The notes below the pieces were generated by a model. It was not told where the DNA came from and searched no databases. It was given only the letters and a program-made list of their open reading frames with translations. A stretch of DNA of 64,000 nucleotides from Setoptus koraiensis (lineage: Eukaryota > Animalia > Arthropoda): NCBI GenBank assembly GCA_048013815.1, contig CM106585.1, positions 19,282,001-19,346,000 of the forward strand, given 5' to 3'. Shown piece by piece: positions 61,944 to 64,000 of the stretch. How positions within the stretch are numbered: position 1 is the stretch's first letter; every line of letters starts with the position of its first letter. The position numbers were made by a program, and so were the translations under genes.

Positions 61944-64000
61944 ATGCCCGGGCTACTTGCACAGTTGAATGGAGTGGACACGTTTATCGCGATATCCCTT
62001 CTACTGTTTGTGTACTCAGTTCAAAAAGAATACGTCTCCTTGTCCGTTACGGCATCGTCGCCAATCAATGGAACAGGCGACAATTGTGATCAAGCGCAAA
62101 CCCATTGCGCCACCCGCGACACATTGTTCAATCTAGATAATATATCCAGCGCCAGCACCAGCTCGTCATCGGCCACTTGCAAATCAGGAACAGAATTTTC
62201 ATGCGTATCACGTTTACAATGTATTCCAATGGAGTTTGTTTGCGACAGGCAATACGATTGCCAAGATCAAAGTGACGAGATTGGATGCTCGGCGCCCAGC
62301 GTTATAAGTGAACCTCCCAGAGCGTTGTACGGGCTAGAACACGGCGCCATCAACATAAGTTGTGAGGCAAGCGGATTGCCAAGGCCATCTATACACTGGA
62401 CGCATAATGGGTTTAATTTGACTGGCAATGAAGCGGAAATTTTGTCGTCTTCGACAACACAAATAGGCACCTCAGGAGTGCCAATTATATCGGACGTGTA
62501 CGGCAGCCAGGGCGCCCTCATGTATTATGTCATGTCGACAGTTCAATTTGTGAATTTAAACCAGCAAGACGCGGGCTACTGGGCCTGTCATGCGTCCAAC
62601 AATCAGGGCAACACGTCCAGTTCTATCGAGACACTATTGACCGTACGTCAAAAAGCTCAAATATGCCAGCAGCAGCCTTATTTCAATGATTTAGCTACCA
62701 GCGAGGACGAGTGTCTCAAATGCTATTGCTCTGGCGTTTCTGACACTTGTTTCAGTAGCAGTTATTATCTTTCAAAATTGCACGTTGCAACGCGGCCTAG
62801 AGTGGTTAATATTTTGTCGACAGTGTCGGTTTTACACAGCAGCAGCAGCAGTAGCATCAGCAACAACGACAACGATTATCGTCAGCCCAACAATGGCACA
62901 AATGGCGCAAGCAAGATGATTGGCGAACAGAAAAGATACAGATCTTATGAGGAGGCCGAGACGCAGGATAATTTCGTTCTGCCCGACTACCACAACGGCT
63001 TGAGTCAATATAGGAATGAGGACAGGCAGGCCATGTTGAACAACGTTCACAACGGCCTGTTCTACTATTACAAGATTGAACCGGATGACATCGAGGATAG
63101 TAGAGCCAGTTTTCAGCCAAACGACCAAAACAATGGCAACAATACGGATTTTGCTGCCCGACAGCGCAAGTGGCAGCATAGCGGCGATGGCAAAAGTGCC
63201 GGCCTGTCGCTCATAAGAAGCTACGGCGGTTACATGAGGTTCTCGTTCACTTTCGGCGTTTCGAACCCAACGGTCGGCTCGCCAGTCGATTATGCAACCG
63301 ATTCGAACGACACGGTGCCCGTCAGCAGCGCCAGCAACAATGGCACCGACATTTTCAGTGAAAATCAGTCTCTGTTGCAAGATTTGGCCGATGTAATTTT
63401 GGTGTGCGGCAACGGCGACGTTATTTATCATCATTACGACATTTACAGCACGTCGATTGTCGCCAACCAAAACAATCATTTGAGTGTGCCGTTAACCGAA
63501 AACTATTGGCTGATGGCGATAAACAGGCCGGTATCATCGATGAATCACGAAACGAACAAGTCGAGCGCGACGAGGAACCGCCAGCAAGACAGCACTGCTG
63601 CCAACAAAAAATCCGGCACTGCCCCGTACAACTACGACGTGAACTCACATCAATTGGCATCATCGGCCATCAACGACGTCCAACAAAACAAATTGTCGCT
63701 GCTGTCGCAGCGCCCAATCGAAGCCATCCAGCCAACGGGTCCGCAGCACCGTGTGACAGCGCGACGGTCGGACTATTTCAACGACATGGTGTTTGCCCGG
63801 CACGGAGTGCATCATTTGGCGCCCTCGCGAGATAAATTTATGTTTTGTTTGAGCGACGTGAGGGCGCTCTACATCAGAGCCATTTACGATGTGAGACAGA
63901 TCACGTTCAATGTTAGCAGCATCTACATCGACACGGCCGTCGGCGGGGCCGTATGGAACTCGACGATGGGCTCCGATTTGCAAGCCTCGCTGGTGGAACA
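61944..64000 (+). CDS. HSPG2: Perlecan (HSPG2/trol)-like protein, N-terminal part, runs off window end
   Basis: GCCACCATG start, open for 685 codons (hand translation). Hydrophobic leader, LDLa (CIPMEFVCDRQYDCQDQSDEIGC), Ig (CEASGLPRPSIHW...DAGYWAC), CLKCYCSGVSDTC and laminin IV (YGGYMRFSF, ADVIL, LSDVRALYIRAIY). Confidence 0.9.
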   Translation, partial: MPGLLAQLNGVDTFIAISLLLFVYSVQKEYVSLSVTASSPINGTGDNCDQAQTHCATRDTLFNLDNISSASTSSSSATCKSGTEFSCVSRLQCIPMEFVCDRQYDCQDQSDEIGCSAPSVISEPPRALYGLEHGAINISCEASGLPRPSIHWTHNGFNLTGNEAEILSSSTTQIGTSGVPIISDVYGSQGALMYYVMSTVQFVNLNQQDAGYWACHASNNQGNTSSSIETLLTVRQKAQICQQQPYFNDLATSEDECLKCYCSGVSDTCFSSSYYLSKLHVATRPRVVNILSTVSVLHSSSSSSISNNDNDYRQPNNGTNGASKMIGEQKRYRSYEEAETQDNFVLPDYHNGLSQYRNEDRQAMLNNVHNGLFYYYKIEPDDIEDSRASFQPNDQNNGNNTDFAARQRKWQHSGDGKSAGLSLIRSYGGYMRFSFTFGVSNPTVGSPVDYATDSNDTVPVSSASNNGTDIFSENQSLLQDLADVILVCGNGDVIYHHYDIYSTSIVANQNNHLSVPLTENYWLMAINRPVSSMNHETNKSSATRNRQQDSTAANKKSGTAPYNYDVNSHQLASSAINDVQQNKLSLLSQRPIEAIQPTGPQHRVTARRSDYFNDMVFARHGVHHLAPSRDKFMFCLSDVRALYIRAIYDVRQITFNVSSIYIDTAVGGAVWNSTMGSDLQASLVE

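Overview
Compact, intron-poor, microsatellite-rich animal genomic window. An arthropod origin is supported by a forked-type espin, shep and an arthropod-style HIF-alpha ODD. A miniaturised mite genome such as an eriophyoid is my best guess, but this is inference only. The window starts with the 5' half of an apparently intact Ty1/copia element (LTR, half-tRNA-type PBS, gag-protease ORF), next to a standalone chromodomain ORF. It then holds a 9.5-kb motif-rich non-coding block, an orphan secreted protein, forked/espin, IMPase, a 2.2k-aa secreted low-complexity protein, a coiled-coil ORF, NELF-B, a mini ePHD protein, shep, a MYORG-like GH31, HIF-alpha, eIF4G, a small orphan ORF, mitochondrial TyrRS and the start of a perlecan-like gene. 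Best leads: (1) a ~315-nt highly foldable unclassified RNA candidate at 34.2-34.5 kb; (2) a 629-bp near-perfect inverted repeat at 32.8-33.4 kb, at the only same-strand gene junction; (3) HIF-alpha lacking PAS-A; (4) a GH31 with both catalytic Asp lost; (5) almost strict strand alternation with very tight tail-to-tail pairs. Exon structures were derived by hand from GT-AG sites and frame continuity. Family calls rest on recalled motifs, not database searches.
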